In this document: piece by piece, positions 10,925-21,514 of the stretch | Layout of the letters: each line of letters starts with the position of its first letter | How positions within the stretch are numbered: position 1 is the stretch's first letter | From: Thecamonas trahens ATCC 50062 | Taxonomy: Eukaryota > Protista > Apusomonadida | Assembly (NCBI RefSeq): GCF_000142905.1 | Contig: NW_013657661.1 | Location: 62,001-126,000, forward strand | Length of the DNA: 64,000 nucleotides | Direction of reading: 5' to 3' | Program-made: the position numbers and the translations under genes | Notes under the pieces: model-generated | Seen by the model: only the letters and a program-made list of their open reading frames with translations | Database searches by the model: none | Told to the model about the DNA's origin: nothing

Positions 10925-13870
10925 TCACACCCTTGCCTCGTACTTGTCGCGGAGCGCCTCGTACTTGGCAACGTCGGCGGCGGTGAGCGAGGGGGTGAGC
11001 GCCGCAAGGGCCGAGGTCAGGTGCGCTTGGCAGACGACGACGCCGCTGGCGTCTGCGAGATCAGCGCCGCTGGAGTTGGCCTCGGCGGCAGCGATTACGT
11101 CCTTCATCGCCGCCAGTAGCGCGTCCGAGGTCAGCGCGTAGAGGTCGGCGCCGGTAAAGGTGTCTGGAATGAGGGCAACGAGCGCGTTCAGATCGACGTC
11201 GTCGCCAAAGGTGAACTTGCGGGTGAGCGCGGAGAGAACCTTGTGCTTGGCTGCTGGATCGCGCGAGAGGCCGAGGTACACCAGCTTGTCGAATCGCCCC
11301 GGCCGCATGAGGCCAGAGTCGATGAGGTCCGGGCGGTTGGTGGCGCCGATGACAAAGATAGACCGGGTTGAGTGGAGCGAGTCGAGCTCGGCCAGCAGCT
11401 GCGAGACGATGCGGTCCATGACCCCGCCCGAGTCGGCACCCTGGCCGCGGTTGGGCGCCAGCGCGTCGAGCTCGTCAAAGAAAATGACACACGGTGACGC
11501 CGCCCGCGCCCGCGCAAACAGCTCCCGCACGTTCTTCTCAGACTCGCCGATGTACATGTTGATCAGCTCGGGACCCTTGACCGAAAGAAAGTTGAGCGCG
11601 CACTCGGTCGCCACAGCCTTGGCAAGCAGCGTCTTGCCCACGCCAGGCGGGCCGTACAGGAGCAGACCCGACCGCTGCCGCATTCCGTCGCCAAACAGCT
11701 CCGGGTGCTGCAGCGGGAGCCAGATGGTGTCCAGGATCTGCGCCTTGGCCTCCTCCAGCCCACCGACATCGTCCCACTTGACATTGGGCACCTTTGGCAC
11801 GCCGAGTGCAGCCCCAGCCGCGGCCACATGCGCCTCCATCGCAGCCACAAGGCTCGCCCGGTCGATGCAGACCGGCGGCGGGCTCTCGCCGACCTCGGTT
11901 GTAGCTAGCATCCGCTCCAGCGCTCCCGCCTTGGCCATCTCCACCACCCCGAGCAGCGCATCCGAGTAGGCACCAGCGCTCTGCGCGGCCAGTGCGGTAG
12001 CCAGGCTCCGGTCGCCAACAAGCACGTCGGGCGCGTCGCTCGCTGCTAGTGCACCTTGCACAAGCGCGATTCGCTCAGCTTTCGACGGCGGCTCGAACCG
12101 AATGGTGTGCACAAAGATCGACCGCAGCCGCGCCGGAAGCGCCGAATACGCTGTCGCGCTGCCGACCACTGCTGCGCCGCTTGCCACCACAGCGTCGAGG
12201 AGCTCGGCGACCGCGAGGCTGACCCGGTCGACAGACGCTGCCGCTGCGGGATCGCCCGTGCTCTCAGAGCCAGCAGCACCCAGCGACGGCTCGCTCGCCC
12301 CAGACGCTTCGCTGCTTGCGTTGAGCATGCCAGTCTCCGACACAGCCTCGGTCCCGTCAACAACTGTAGCGCCTGCCAGCGCTTGCACGTTGCTCAACCA
12401 GACACAGCCTGTCTCTCCCAGTTCGACCGCACCTGTAAGCGCTATCCGCAGATTGGCTTCGGTCTTGGCGTCGCTTGCCCCGAGGACGTCAAAACCGTCG
12501 ACGCTGACAACATGCAGCGATTCGGCCTCGCACGCCGCTGCCACAGCAGCGGCCTTGGCGGCAGCATCTGGGCCGGTCAGGAGCGTCGCTGTCGGCGCTC
12601 CCACCGCGACAGCAACTCTCCCGCACAACTCGGAGCGAGCGCGGGCAATGACAGCAGACGCCGGTGGTGGCAGGCGTGCCAGCCAACGCGGCCAGCTGTG
12701 AGGCACCCGCGCCCGCACCGAACCCTCTTGGACTAGGACCGTCACGCCGACGCTGATCCGACGCAGCGCCGAGACGCTACGACTCTTGGCCGTCACTCCA
12801 TCGAGCGAAGTGACCCGAAACCACGCCGCAGCGTCGGCGTGAGGCGCAAGAGGCAGGGCAAACACGTCGCCGACCGCCACCGTCCGCGGAACGGTAAAGT
12901 GCGCGTGGAGCGCAGCACTATAGTCGGCACTGCCTGACGAGTCCGGCGAGATAACACGCGCAATAACGGCTTCGCTCGCGTACTCAGGCAAAGCCTCGGC
13001 CACAGTGCCGAGCACAGCACGGCCACGAGCCAGGCCCGCATTGAACGCAAGTAGCGGCGCGAGCGCAACCGCGTCGGCACTCACACCAGCACCACCAAAC
13101 ACCCGAGCCAGTCGGGATGCTGCGCCCTTGGAGCTCGATCGGATCCGCACCACGCTTCCGCCCGGCAAGCGGAGCTTGCGGAGCAAGTCGAAAGAGACGA
13201 CCGCGTGGAGCGCGGTGTCCGCCTCGTCGCGGTTATTCGTGATACGCGGTCGCATCGCGCCGTCCATGATGGTGGCAGTAGCAAGCATCGCGCCGCGTGC
13301 AGCTGGCGCCTGGCCACCCAACATCAGCAGCGGCGGTGAATGAGGAGCATCGGCAGCTCTATCAACACTCTCCGCGGACTCGACTCTCCCGCTCGAGTTG
13401 CCGGCCACGACCACAATCTCGGTCTCGGGTCCGATCACGCCATACGCATAAGGCTCTGCATGCTTGACCACCGCAGCGTGTGGCAAGACCGGGGCAAGGC
13501 CTACGCCCACCACACCTTTGCCATTGCGGATGGCATGCAGGGCATCCGCAAGATCTCCACCGACTTGCTCGCCGTCGCCGCCGGGAACCGCCACAACGAC
13601 CTTGTCAAGTGCCCGCGGCACTATCGGAGACATGGTGACCAGTGCACCATGACCACCAAGCCGTGTCGCCATTCCAGCTTCCATCGCCACCATCGGGAGC
13701 AGTCCAGCGCTGCCATCGTCCCCATTGTCACTCGTGCGGAGGCGAACCACGACCTTTGTGTCGTCCGAGGCGACCAGGACGTGGCTGACCGAGGGGCTCT
13801 CCCAGCCGACCTTAGCCTCCCATGCCGCCACGCCACGGCCTGCTATGCCGATGATGGCGTCTCTGTCCAT
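10925..13870 (-). CDS. PEX6: Peroxisomal AAA ATPase, peroxin 6
   Basis: VPNVKWDDVGGL, RSGLLLYGPPGVGKT, SVKGPELINMYIGESE, PCVIFFDELD, GADSGGVMDRIVSQLLAELD, RPGRFDKLVYLG, FTGADLYAL; degenerate first AAA module; start uncertain. Confidence 0.93.
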   Translation of the reverse strand: MDRDAIIGIAGRGVAAWEAKVGWESPSVSHVLVASDDTKVVVRLRTSDNGDDGSAGLLPMVAMEAGMATRLGGHGALVTMSPIVPRALDKVVVAVPGGDGEQVGGDLADALHAIRNGKGVVGVGLAPVLPHAAVVKHAEPYAYGVIGPETEIVVVAGNSSGRVESAESVDRAADAPHSPPLLMLGGQAPAARGAMLATATIMDGAMRPRITNNRDEADTALHAVVSFDLLRKLRLPGGSVVRIRSSSKGAASRLARVFGGAGVSADAVALAPLLAFNAGLARGRAVLGTVAEALPEYASEAVIARVISPDSSGSADYSAALHAHFTVPRTVAVGDVFALPLAPHADAAAWFRVTSLDGVTAKSRSVSALRRISVGVTVLVQEGSVRARVPHSWPRWLARLPPPASAVIARARSELCGRVAVAVGAPTATLLTGPDAAAKAAAVAAACEAESLHVVSVDGFDVLGASDAKTEANLRIALTGAVELGETGCVWLSNVQALAGATVVDGTEAVSETGMLNASSEASGASEPSLGAAGSESTGDPAAAASVDRVSLAVAELLDAVVASGAAVVGSATAYSALPARLRSIFVHTIRFEPPSKAERIALVQGALAASDAPDVLVGDRSLATALAAQSAGAYSDALLGVVEMAKAGALERMLATTEVGESPPPVCIDRASLVAAMEAHVAAAGAALGVPKVPNVKWDDVGGLEEAKAQILDTIWLPLQHPELFGDGMRQRSGLLLYGPPGVGKTLLAKAVATECALNFLSVKGPELINMYIGESEKNVRELFARARAASPCVIFFDELDALAPNRGQGADSGGVMDRIVSQLLAELDSLHSTRSIFVIGATNRPDLIDSGLMRPGRFDKLVYLGLSRDPAAKHKVLSALTRKFTFGDDVDLNALVALIPDTFTGADLYALTSDALLAAMKDVIAAAEANSSGADLADASGVVVCQAHLTSALAALTPSLTAADVAKYEALRDKYEARV

Positions 13871-14069
13871 GTGTGAGTGTGCCTGGCTGAGGGTGTGGGT
13901 AGAGTGAAAGGTCTTGACTGTTGGGTGGAGTGGCTTCTGACGTGGCGCGCTCGACTGGGTTGACCGCCGGGGCTGGGAGCGTGGGGAGGGTAGCGATCTT
14001 GGGCGGGTCAAGTTGGAACGGGCCAGATGGGCTGCATAGGCACAATGTCTTTGCGGTAGTTGGTGGCGT

Positions 14070-14807
14070 TTACAGTCCCCAGGCTGAACAGAGTATGTAG
14101 GCGGTGGCAAAGACGGTGACGTTGTCGACGGCGGGGAGAGGGAGGCTTTCAACGACGCCGGCCAAGAGGCAGACGACAAACCAGTTCCAGCCAAAGACCC
14201 AGTCGTGGACTTTCTGCAGCGGATACCAGCCGAGACCGGCTGATGAGCACCCGTACAAGTACACAATGCCTGCCAGGTATGATCCGACCACAAACGCTGC
14301 CGATCCGGCCCACGACTTGTCGGGCGAGTGCGGGAGCTTGCGCGATCCGAGTCTTCTGCCGACGACGTCAGCCAAGCCGTCGCCGACGCAGAGGAGGACA
14401 AGCTGGCAGACCGAACCAGGCGAGCGGAAGGCGCCCCAGGTGGTGACCACAAAGATGATGCCGTACTGTGTCGGTCCGTACAGCAGCTCTTCCTTGGCGC
14501 CTGATCGCGAGAGCATGGCGAGAGTGGGCGGATCATCGATGATGCCCAGGCCCATGGCAGCAAACTTGGCCACGATACCAGCCGGAATGAGAGCAGCGAC
14601 TCTTGCCGACATGTCCGGCTCGTCGTCGTAGGGGAACAGAGCCCAGCAGGGGATGAAGACCAGTCCGACCAGGATGTGTGTCAGCTTCCTCGCCAGCGCC
14701 GTATCCACCACCCTTTTCCTCGCCAGCACCTTGATCCCTTCCAACAGACCGAGTGCAATGCACGTGCTCACTCCAAAAGCCAGCCACACCTGCTTTCCTG
14801 CCTCCAT
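14070..14807 (-). CDS. Phytol/farnesol kinase-like polyprenol kinase (VTE5/FOLK family)
   Basis: ARKLTHILVG, SRSGAKEELLYGPTQYG, GDGLADVVGRRLGSRKLP, KSWAGS, DNVTV; multiple TM segments. Confidence 0.85.
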   Translation of the reverse strand: MEAGKQVWLAFGVSTCIALGLLEGIKVLARKRVVDTALARKLTHILVGLVFIPCWALFPYDDEPDMSARVAALIPAGIVAKFAAMGLGIIDDPPTLAMLSRSGAKEELLYGPTQYGIIFVVTTWGAFRSPGSVCQLVLLCVGDGLADVVGRRLGSRKLPHSPDKSWAGSAAFVVGSYLAGIVYLYGCSSAGLGWYPLQKVHDWVFGWNWFVVCLLAGVVESLPLPAVDNVTVFATAYILCSAWGL

Positions 14808-15058
14808 GGCCTCGTCGTCCTTGCAAGTCAGGTGGCGATTCGTGGGTGAGTGCCACTGCCTGCCTGTCGACTGCTGTCGCTCGCCCTCCGCCGATGCTGC
14901 GCCGACCTTCGCTCGTACCCCACCATCGGGATGCCCATCATCGGGATGCACATCGGAATGGGTATGTTATGTATGTTATATGTGTATGTGCGGGGTTGGT
15001 GCCACAGTGAGCATGATCATTCCCCATCGATGCGGCTCGACTCGACACGCTTGTCGCC

Positions 15059-16492
15059 ATGGGCGGACGAGTGAGTCGACGTGGACGGACTGGGAGCGGG
15101 AGAGGGAGAGGGAGAGGAGCAGAAGGCAGTGGTGGTGACGGTGATGGTGTTGACCATGCTCTTACGTTGGTTGACTTGCCTGTGGAACTGTTATTTCTGG
15201 TCTGCGAGTTCTTGTCGCCGTACGGTGTCGTCGTCCTCTCGCACGTCTCGTCGCTCTTCCGCCGCCTCCTCGCCGACGATCTCCTCTGGCGCGCCGTCCA
15301 TCGGCGCTGTTTTGGCGAGAATCCGCCCCAGTCGGAGATCGAGGTCCTCGACATTGGTCTCTATGCGCGGATGTGGAGAGTCGAGGTGGCCAACCTCTCG
15401 CCGGCTCGGCTTTTCACGCTCAAGCGCGCCAAGCGCGAGTCACCGCTGATGGTGGCCGCCTGGCGAGCCTGGGGTCTTGCGCTCGACGCCCGCACCGCTG
15501 CCGAAGCTGCTGTGTCGAATGTAGAGAGGCTGCGATGGATGATCGACGCCGCGCTCGTGCTATGGTGGGGTGAGTACTTTGACGAGGCGGCGGCGGCGGC
15601 CGAAGCGGCGGCGATGGAAGCGGCCGCGCTGGTCCCCACGCTTGATACAGACGCTATTCCGCCGTGGGCAGTAGCTGACGACTGCAGCCTGCTCGACAGG
15701 CTGCCAATCGAGACGACAGGCGTGCCGCAGGCGTGTCAAGCACTTGGACTGCGCGCCTCTGCTGACGAGCCGACGAGCGCGCTTGCTATTGCCGCCGCTG
15801 TCCTGGCCGGGTATGTGGCGACGACGCCGATGGCTAGAGTGGCCCACCTGCGGCGCGGCGGTGAGCTGTGGGCCGCCGCGGTGACAGCGCCCGGTGCATC
15901 GCCGCCGCGAACGGCGGTCCAGCGTGCGTTTGAGTTGTTGCAGTGCGCGGCGCGGGTGGCGACCGACGCCGGACAGGCAGAGGATGCGCTCGAGCTTGGT
16001 CAAGCCACGCTAGCAATGGCGAACGCACACACCGAGGTTCTGGGCGAACCGGGGCGGATGTATTACTTTCTAGCTGCAGCAATGCTCGCGCATGGTGCGT
16101 ACGTTGATGCTGCGGATCATTTCGCGCTGTACGCGGCGTCGGGCCACGCCGACCGCATCCAGTACAGTTCGTCGCGGTTTCTCGAGCTCTCGATCCTTTG
16201 TCGTGCGCTCGGTGAAGGTCTCGGTGCGGCGTGCGAAGCTTTAGCCGTTGCTGCCGACGCTGACGCGCGGTTCTTTGACTCGGCGGCGTACTACCGCACC
16301 TCGCACGTCCTCGGCCTGCTCAACACTGCTGACATGGACGGCATGCAGAGCTATCTCGCCCACGCAAGGCTTCCGCCCGACTCGCCAAGGTGCCAAGCAC
16401 TTCGCGAACTTGTGCGCCGACACATGCCTGGCCACGGGCTTGGTGCCCTTCTTGGGGATGATGAGTACGAGTACTACTCGGACGAGGTCTGA
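15059..16492 (+). CDS. F-box protein with C-terminal alpha-SNAP-like TPR helices
   Basis: F-box LVDLPVELLFLVCEFLSP...VSSLFRRLLADDLLWR; C-terminus YSSSRFLELSILC...DARFFDS resembles alpha-SNAP. Confidence 0.75.
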   Translation: MGGRVSRRGRTGSGRGRGRGAEGSGGDGDGVDHALTLVDLPVELLFLVCEFLSPYGVVVLSHVSSLFRRLLADDLLWRAVHRRCFGENPPQSEIEVLDIGLYARMWRVEVANLSPARLFTLKRAKRESPLMVAAWRAWGLALDARTAAEAAVSNVERLRWMIDAALVLWWGEYFDEAAAAAEAAAMEAAALVPTLDTDAIPPWAVADDCSLLDRLPIETTGVPQACQALGLRASADEPTSALAIAAAVLAGYVATTPMARVAHLRRGGELWAAAVTAPGASPPRTAVQRAFELLQCAARVATDAGQAEDALELGQATLAMANAHTEVLGEPGRMYYFLAAAMLAHGAYVDAADHFALYAASGHADRIQYSSSRFLELSILCRALGEGLGAACEALAVAADADARFFDSAAYYRTSHVLGLLNTADMDGMQSYLAHARLPPDSPRCQALRELVRRHMPGHGLGALLGDDEYEYYSDEV

Positions 16493-16574
16493 TACCTGGC
16501 GACGACTGTATGCGTGACGGCGAGTGCTGACATGACGTCGGCGCGGATGGCACCGCAGATGCGCAGGCGAACGC

Positions 16575-16868
16575 TCACCACAGTCTTCCGGGCGGTTGGG
16601 CTTCGGACGGGAGGGCTTCGGGCGGGAGGGCTTCGGGTGGGTAGTGCTCGGCGAGGACGGTGTGGCGTTGGCGCCGGCGCAGAAGACAATCTTGGATTTT
16701 GTGCGATGATCCATGGGCGATGAGGCAATTGTCCAGAAAGCCTTGAAGATCTAGGGCGCGTTGAGAACAAAGGCCATGTGCAGGCGCTCGAGATAGTAGT
16801 TCTGCAAACCCATAAAGGCCTTGGGGGCCAGAGTGTCGATGTTTGAGTAGCCAAAGCCCGAGCAGGAG
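16575..16868 (-). pseudogene. CRAL-TRIO/Sec14 lipid-binding domain fragment with in-frame stop
   Basis: Hand translation CSGFGYSNIDTLAPKAFMGLQNYYLERLHMAFVLNAP*IFKAFWTIASSPMDHRTKSKIVF; TAG at 16751-16753; after a frameshift LAEHYPPEALP. Confidence 0.8.
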
Positions 16869-17015
16869 CCACCGCGCCAAGCTCACCACCGCCACCACCA
16901 CCCCACCCACACCCGCACCCATACCCCCTTCCCTCACACACGCACACACACACACACACACACACTTACACACACACACACATACACCTCCCATCCACCC
17001 ACATACATCGAAAGT

Positions 17016-17635
17016 ATGAACAGGGGGCGGGACAAGAAGCCCAAGAAGAAGCGGCGCAAGAAGGCTGGTACGCCAGCCCCCCCCCCCCCCCCCCCCCCCC
17101 GCCCTTTCCCTCCCTCCCATACTCATCACTCACATGTTGCAACCACTTGACAGATCCGTTTGATCCGGCGAGCTGGGCTGATCGGCCGGCATCGGCACAT
17201 CTGCTGCAAAAGGCCAAGTTTCCCGAGACTGCGCCGGTGGTCGAGCAGCTGGCTCTTGGTGCCGATGTCAACGCCATCGATGGCGAGGGCAAGTCGGCGC
17301 TGCACTGGACAGCTGTGCTGGGCAACACAGAGGTGGCAGAGACATTGCTTGCGGTCGATGGGGTCAATGCTGACATTCCGGATGAGTATGGATGGACACC
17401 GCTGCATCTGGCTGTTGCCAACAATCATCCGCGCATCATCGACTCTCTGCTCAACGCCGGTGCTGCCGTCAACGCCACCACCCCGTCCAACGAAACCGCC
17501 CTGGACATGGCCGTTGCCAATGATGTCCAAGCTGTCATCGACCGTCTGGTAGAAGCCGGCGCTATGACCCACGACAAGGTTGTCGCAGCCGAAGAGGCCG
17601 CCGCCGCCAAATCGCGAGGCCGTCGTCGTCGTTGA
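17016..17635 (+). CDS. Small ankyrin-repeat protein with basic NLS-like N-terminus; exons 17016-17067 and 17154-17635
   Basis: GKSALHWTA, GWTPLHLAV, NETALDMAV; GTACGC...ACTCAC...CAG intron joins in phase (MNRGRDKKPKKKRRKKA-DPFD). Confidence 0.85.
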
Positions 17636-18012
17636 CCCCCTCCCTCCCATCACGACGGACACTGCTGTCCTCTGGTGGCACAGCAGCTACCCTCCGCCCC
17701 CCTCGTCCCCCTTCCCCCGATAACACCGTCATCACTCACTCCTATCCCATCTCCCACCGCCCGACTCAACCGCCCTCCCTTCCCCCTCCCGTCCCCGCAC
17801 CCAACACCCAACTCTCACAGTACGCAACCCCCTCCCTCCCCCCTGCAGTCAGCACTGTCCCCGTCCCCGGGATGGATCCTCCCCCATCCATCTTGTGTGA
17901 GAGACGGGCACAGGCTTGGTCTCTGGCCAGCCATGGGCATGATGGTCAAGAAGAGCCAGTCACTCACATCACTGGTGCGCGTGTGGGTGTGCAGGAGGCG
18001 GGAGGGAACGAG

Positions 18013-19602
18013 ATGGCCAAGAAGAAGACTGGGAGGAAGAACAAGCGGAAGAGGGCCAACTCGGGCAAGCATGCCGATGTCTCGGACGTGATTGAGGCGG
18101 TCCATGCTGCCTCGGAGATGGCGGCCCAGGGTGGACCCATCGAGGCTCAGGATGATGATGATCTGTTCTTTACTGATACGAAGCCGACGGCAAAGCTGAT
18201 GACCCGTGCCGAACGGAAGGCTGCTGCTCGTGCCAAGGTCCTCCACATCGATGCCAAGCTTAGCTCCAAGGCGGTGGCCATTGGCGCCTCGTCGCTCTAC
18301 ACCGGGCGGGTGAGCGAGAACCAGAGGAAGAAGGCCGCAGCTGCTGCCAAGGCGCGGCTCCGCGATTCAGAGGCAATTGCCCAGCGGCGTGCAGCGAAGA
18401 ACGCTGAGGCTCGCCGCCAGCGCGCGATGGACCTCCTCCGGAAAGGCGAGAAGCCGCGGTCGCTGGCTGAGCTTGCCAATGCCAAGAAGCTCGAGCGGCA
18501 GAAGCGGCGGGCTGTGATCGTCGACCTGAACGAGGACGCCAGTTCGCAGCAGGTCGAAATTGTCGACGCGTGGGCCGAGCCGGTCGGCCGGGAGAAGATT
18601 CTCGCCGAGGAGAACGTCGACGACTACGTGGCCGACACCATCATGCCTGTCAAGCGGCGCAAGCTGCTGAGTGGGCACAAGATGGTGGCCAACGTCCGGG
18701 TGGCGGCGCCGGGCCAGTCGTACAACCCGGTCACCTCCGAGCACACCAAACACCTCGTTGACGCTGCCGCCGGACAGATCAAGCGGAACAAGGCCAAGGC
18801 CAAGCTCGACTCTGAGCTGCCTGCCAAATCCGTCAGGGCGGTGACCGACGTCGTGTCCTCGCTCCTCCCTCTGGACATGATGATGGACTCGGACGACGAC
18901 GGCGCGTCCGACTCGGAGAGCCTCGACGAGGAGGCCAAGGCCGAGATTGCCATTGCGCGGAAGATGCGCGAGATGCAGGCTAACCGCAAGCCGCGGACCG
19001 CGCGTCAGCGGCGGAACATTACTATCAGCAAGGTGAAGAACGAGGAAGCCCGCCGCAGGAAGCTGGAGCGCCGCAAGAGGAACGAGCTCTACCTGCTCAA
19101 GAGGCTGAATAAGGAAGTTCTCGCAGAGATCGAGATCCGTCGGGCCAAGGCCAGCGCCCGTGCCGCCGCCGCCGCCGCCGCGCCGGCCGCTCCGATCACC
19201 AAGCTCGGCAAGGGTTCCATCACCATTGAGCCCGAGTTCCTGCTCCCCAGCGAGATTCCGAGCTCGCTCCGCCGTCTCCCTATCCAGGGCTCGGTCCTTG
19301 CCGACCGCATGACCTCCATCTACGAGCGCGGTAAGGCCGAGCTGCCCAAGGCCAAGCGCGGAAAGCCGAGCAGGCCGTGGCTCAAGACAAAGGTCCGCAT
19401 CCACAAGCGTGACGAGTGGGCCGAGCACCCGCTCAACAACGACGACGATCTCGAGGACTCATCGTCTGGCGATGAAGATCTCGGCCGCGACGATCCCAAC
19501 GCCAACCACAACGCGACCCGCATCCCCGGCTACGGCCCAAACCAGCGGTCGTCGTCGTCGCGCGGCAGTCGCAACAACCACAACCGCAACAAGAAGCGGT
19601 AG
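18013..19602 (+). CDS. NOP53: 60S ribosome biogenesis factor Nop53/GLTSCR2
   Basis: Basic N-terminus, arch-interacting motif LFFTD, PGQSYNP, LPSEIPSSLRRL...VLADRMTSIYERG. Confidence 0.88.
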   Translation: MAKKKTGRKNKRKRANSGKHADVSDVIEAVHAASEMAAQGGPIEAQDDDDLFFTDTKPTAKLMTRAERKAAARAKVLHIDAKLSSKAVAIGASSLYTGRVSENQRKKAAAAAKARLRDSEAIAQRRAAKNAEARRQRAMDLLRKGEKPRSLAELANAKKLERQKRRAVIVDLNEDASSQQVEIVDAWAEPVGREKILAEENVDDYVADTIMPVKRRKLLSGHKMVANVRVAAPGQSYNPVTSEHTKHLVDAAAGQIKRNKAKAKLDSELPAKSVRAVTDVVSSLLPLDMMMDSDDDGASDSESLDEEAKAEIAIARKMREMQANRKPRTARQRRNITISKVKNEEARRRKLERRKRNELYLLKRLNKEVLAEIEIRRAKASARAAAAAAAPAAPITKLGKGSITIEPEFLLPSEIPSSLRRLPIQGSVLADRMTSIYERGKAELPKAKRGKPSRPWLKTKVRIHKRDEWAEHPLNNDDDLEDSSSGDEDLGRDDPNANHNATRIPGYGPNQRSSSSRGSRNNHNRNKKR

Positions 19603-19656
19603 AGGCGTCGCTGAGGCCGCCCCCTGCAGTAACACACGCAACCCGCGGAGAGTATG

Positions 19657-21207
19657 TTATGATGTGCTCTCGGTCGTCTCTACCGCCGTGTACTCGACGT
19701 ACTCAATCTTGTACTCGGACGCAGCCGAGCCAGAGCTCGAGCCCGAGCCGACGCCATCAGAGGACGATAGCGAGCCGCGCCGCCGCCGCCGCTGGCGCCG
19801 CCGCCTGCTCGGCCCGCTGGCGCCGTTGCGGACTTCAAAAACGGCGTAGTCGTTGACGTAGCGGCCGGACGAGCCGCCGGAGGCATATCCGTCGTACTCG
19901 TACTCATCGTCGTCGTCGTTGTCGTCGTACTCGTACTCGTTGTATTCGTACTCGTACTCGTCGTCCGAATCCGAGTCACGGCGTGACGTCGAGGTCTCCA
20001 GCTCGGACGGCGCTGCGTCCCAGTCCGAGATGCCGGCTGCGGTGTCAGCGGCGCGCGAGAGCGCGGCGATGAGTGCGGTGCCGGCCTCGTTGTCGGTGGG
20101 CCGGACCGGGGGAAGGATAAAGAATGAGCCGGCGTAGTCGCCAAGCGAAGCAAGGTAGTTAACGACTCGCGCCAGGAGAATCCCGCCCGAGCCCTCGGTA
20201 TATGCAGCCTCGAGAACGAGCTTGTCGTGGACTCGAGTGTAGTGATGGACCATGGACCGGACCGGCATGGCGGCCGAGCCCTCGCGGTAAAAGTGCGAGA
20301 AAGGCGTGTAGAGCGCGATGCGCTCGCTCGAGGTGTCGACCCTAAAGTACCCGTAGTACGCGATCATGGTTGTCCGAGTCCGTCGCGAGGCGTCTTCGCC
20401 TTCGCCGACCTTGACCGCGGTGAAAGAGCCGTCTGGCCGGAGCTGCAGCGAGTTGGACGCGATGACACCAGAGCTAAACGGCGGCGGAATCAAGGCGCGC
20501 TTCCGCCGCTTGCGGCTGCCCTTGCCTGACGCCTTCATGCGGACCTGGATCCGGAGCTGCCGCACCAGCGGATGTGCCGCGCTGGCTGCCGGCGTGTGCC
20601 GCGACGAGTTGATCCCTGCCGAGTTGAGCGCACACAGCGTGTCGCCGGGCGGCAGTCCTGACGCCTCGCTCTCAGTCACTGCTCTCGGCGGCTCGACAAG
20701 CGGTGCGCGGCTCGACGACGACGATCGCCGCGAGGAGACAACCCGCCACCCCGACGACTCGTCCTGAGACAGCGAGTCCGAGCCCGAGCCCAAGCCCGAG
20801 CCCGAACCACAACCAGTCCGAATTTTGACATAGCTCGGCGACGAGACAAACTCGCCATCACAGAAGAGGCAGAACCAGGCGAGCTTCTTTGACGACGACG
20901 AGGAGCGAGAGGCCTTTCCGGGCGATCCAACATGGTGGCTGTGCTTGGACGGCGAGCCAGCGTGATGCTTGGACGGCGAGCCAGCATGGTGATGCCGTGT
21001 CGATGACGACGAGATCTTCCTTGCCCGGCCTGTGCTCCTTGCCGACGTCGGCGGAGAGTATCCCGAGAGCAGAGCCACTCGATGCGCCGCCGATTCCGAC
21101 CGCAGCGACGAGGACGGAGCGCCGAGGCGCATGGCGGCGTGGTCGGTCGACACGTCGCGTGACGACCGTAGCCGCGACGACCGAGAATGAGACCCGTTCT
21201 TGGCCAT
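19657..21207 (-). CDS. Hypothetical Ser-rich protein with a central globular region and acidic E/D/Y tract
   Basis: 516-aa ORF filling the intergenic space; HHAGSPSK duplication; no domain recognised. Confidence 0.65.
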   Translation of the reverse strand: MAKNGSHSRSSRLRSSRDVSTDHAAMRLGAPSSSLRSESAAHRVALLSGYSPPTSARSTGRARKISSSSTRHHHAGSPSKHHAGSPSKHSHHVGSPGKASRSSSSSKKLAWFCLFCDGEFVSSPSYVKIRTGCGSGSGLGSGSDSLSQDESSGWRVVSSRRSSSSSRAPLVEPPRAVTESEASGLPPGDTLCALNSAGINSSRHTPAASAAHPLVRQLRIQVRMKASGKGSRKRRKRALIPPPFSSGVIASNSLQLRPDGSFTAVKVGEGEDASRRTRTTMIAYYGYFRVDTSSERIALYTPFSHFYREGSAAMPVRSMVHHYTRVHDKLVLEAAYTEGSGGILLARVVNYLASLGDYAGSFFILPPVRPTDNEAGTALIAALSRAADTAAGISDWDAAPSELETSTSRRDSDSDDEYEYEYNEYEYDDNDDDDEYEYDGYASGGSSGRYVNDYAVFEVRNGASGPSRRRRQRRRRRGSLSSSDGVGSGSSSGSAASEYKIEYVEYTAVETTESTS

Positions 21208-21514
21208 ATCGCGAGAAAGAAGGCCACGGGTAGGGGTGAAAGTATCGGGGTGGGTCGAGCCAAGTGTGCCGACGTTCAGTGTTCTTTAGCAGACCGACGA
21301 CCGCCGGGCCATGGACCGACTCGGCCGACTCGTCGACAGGCTTCACCATAGGGTGTGGGGATTGGTTATTGCTGGGGGATGGTGGGGATGGTGGGGATGG
21401 TTGGAGTGGCTGTGCATGTCGGGCTGTGGGTGCTGGGGCTGGGGCTAGGGCTGGGGCTAGGGGGAGGGGGAGGGGGAGGGGGGGGGGGGGGGCTCGCCTG
21501 TTGCCTGTCGCCTG

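Noticed and set aside
13871-14563. N-terminal extension of the PEX6 ORF overlapping the phytol kinase gene
   Set aside because: Alternative-frame read-through of the neighbouring gene and intergenic DNA; no PEX6 similarity
16751-16753. TAG reassignment or read-through in the CRAL-TRIO fragment
   Set aside because: TAG is the normal stop of other genes here (19600-19602, 30620-30622) and the fragment has other lesions
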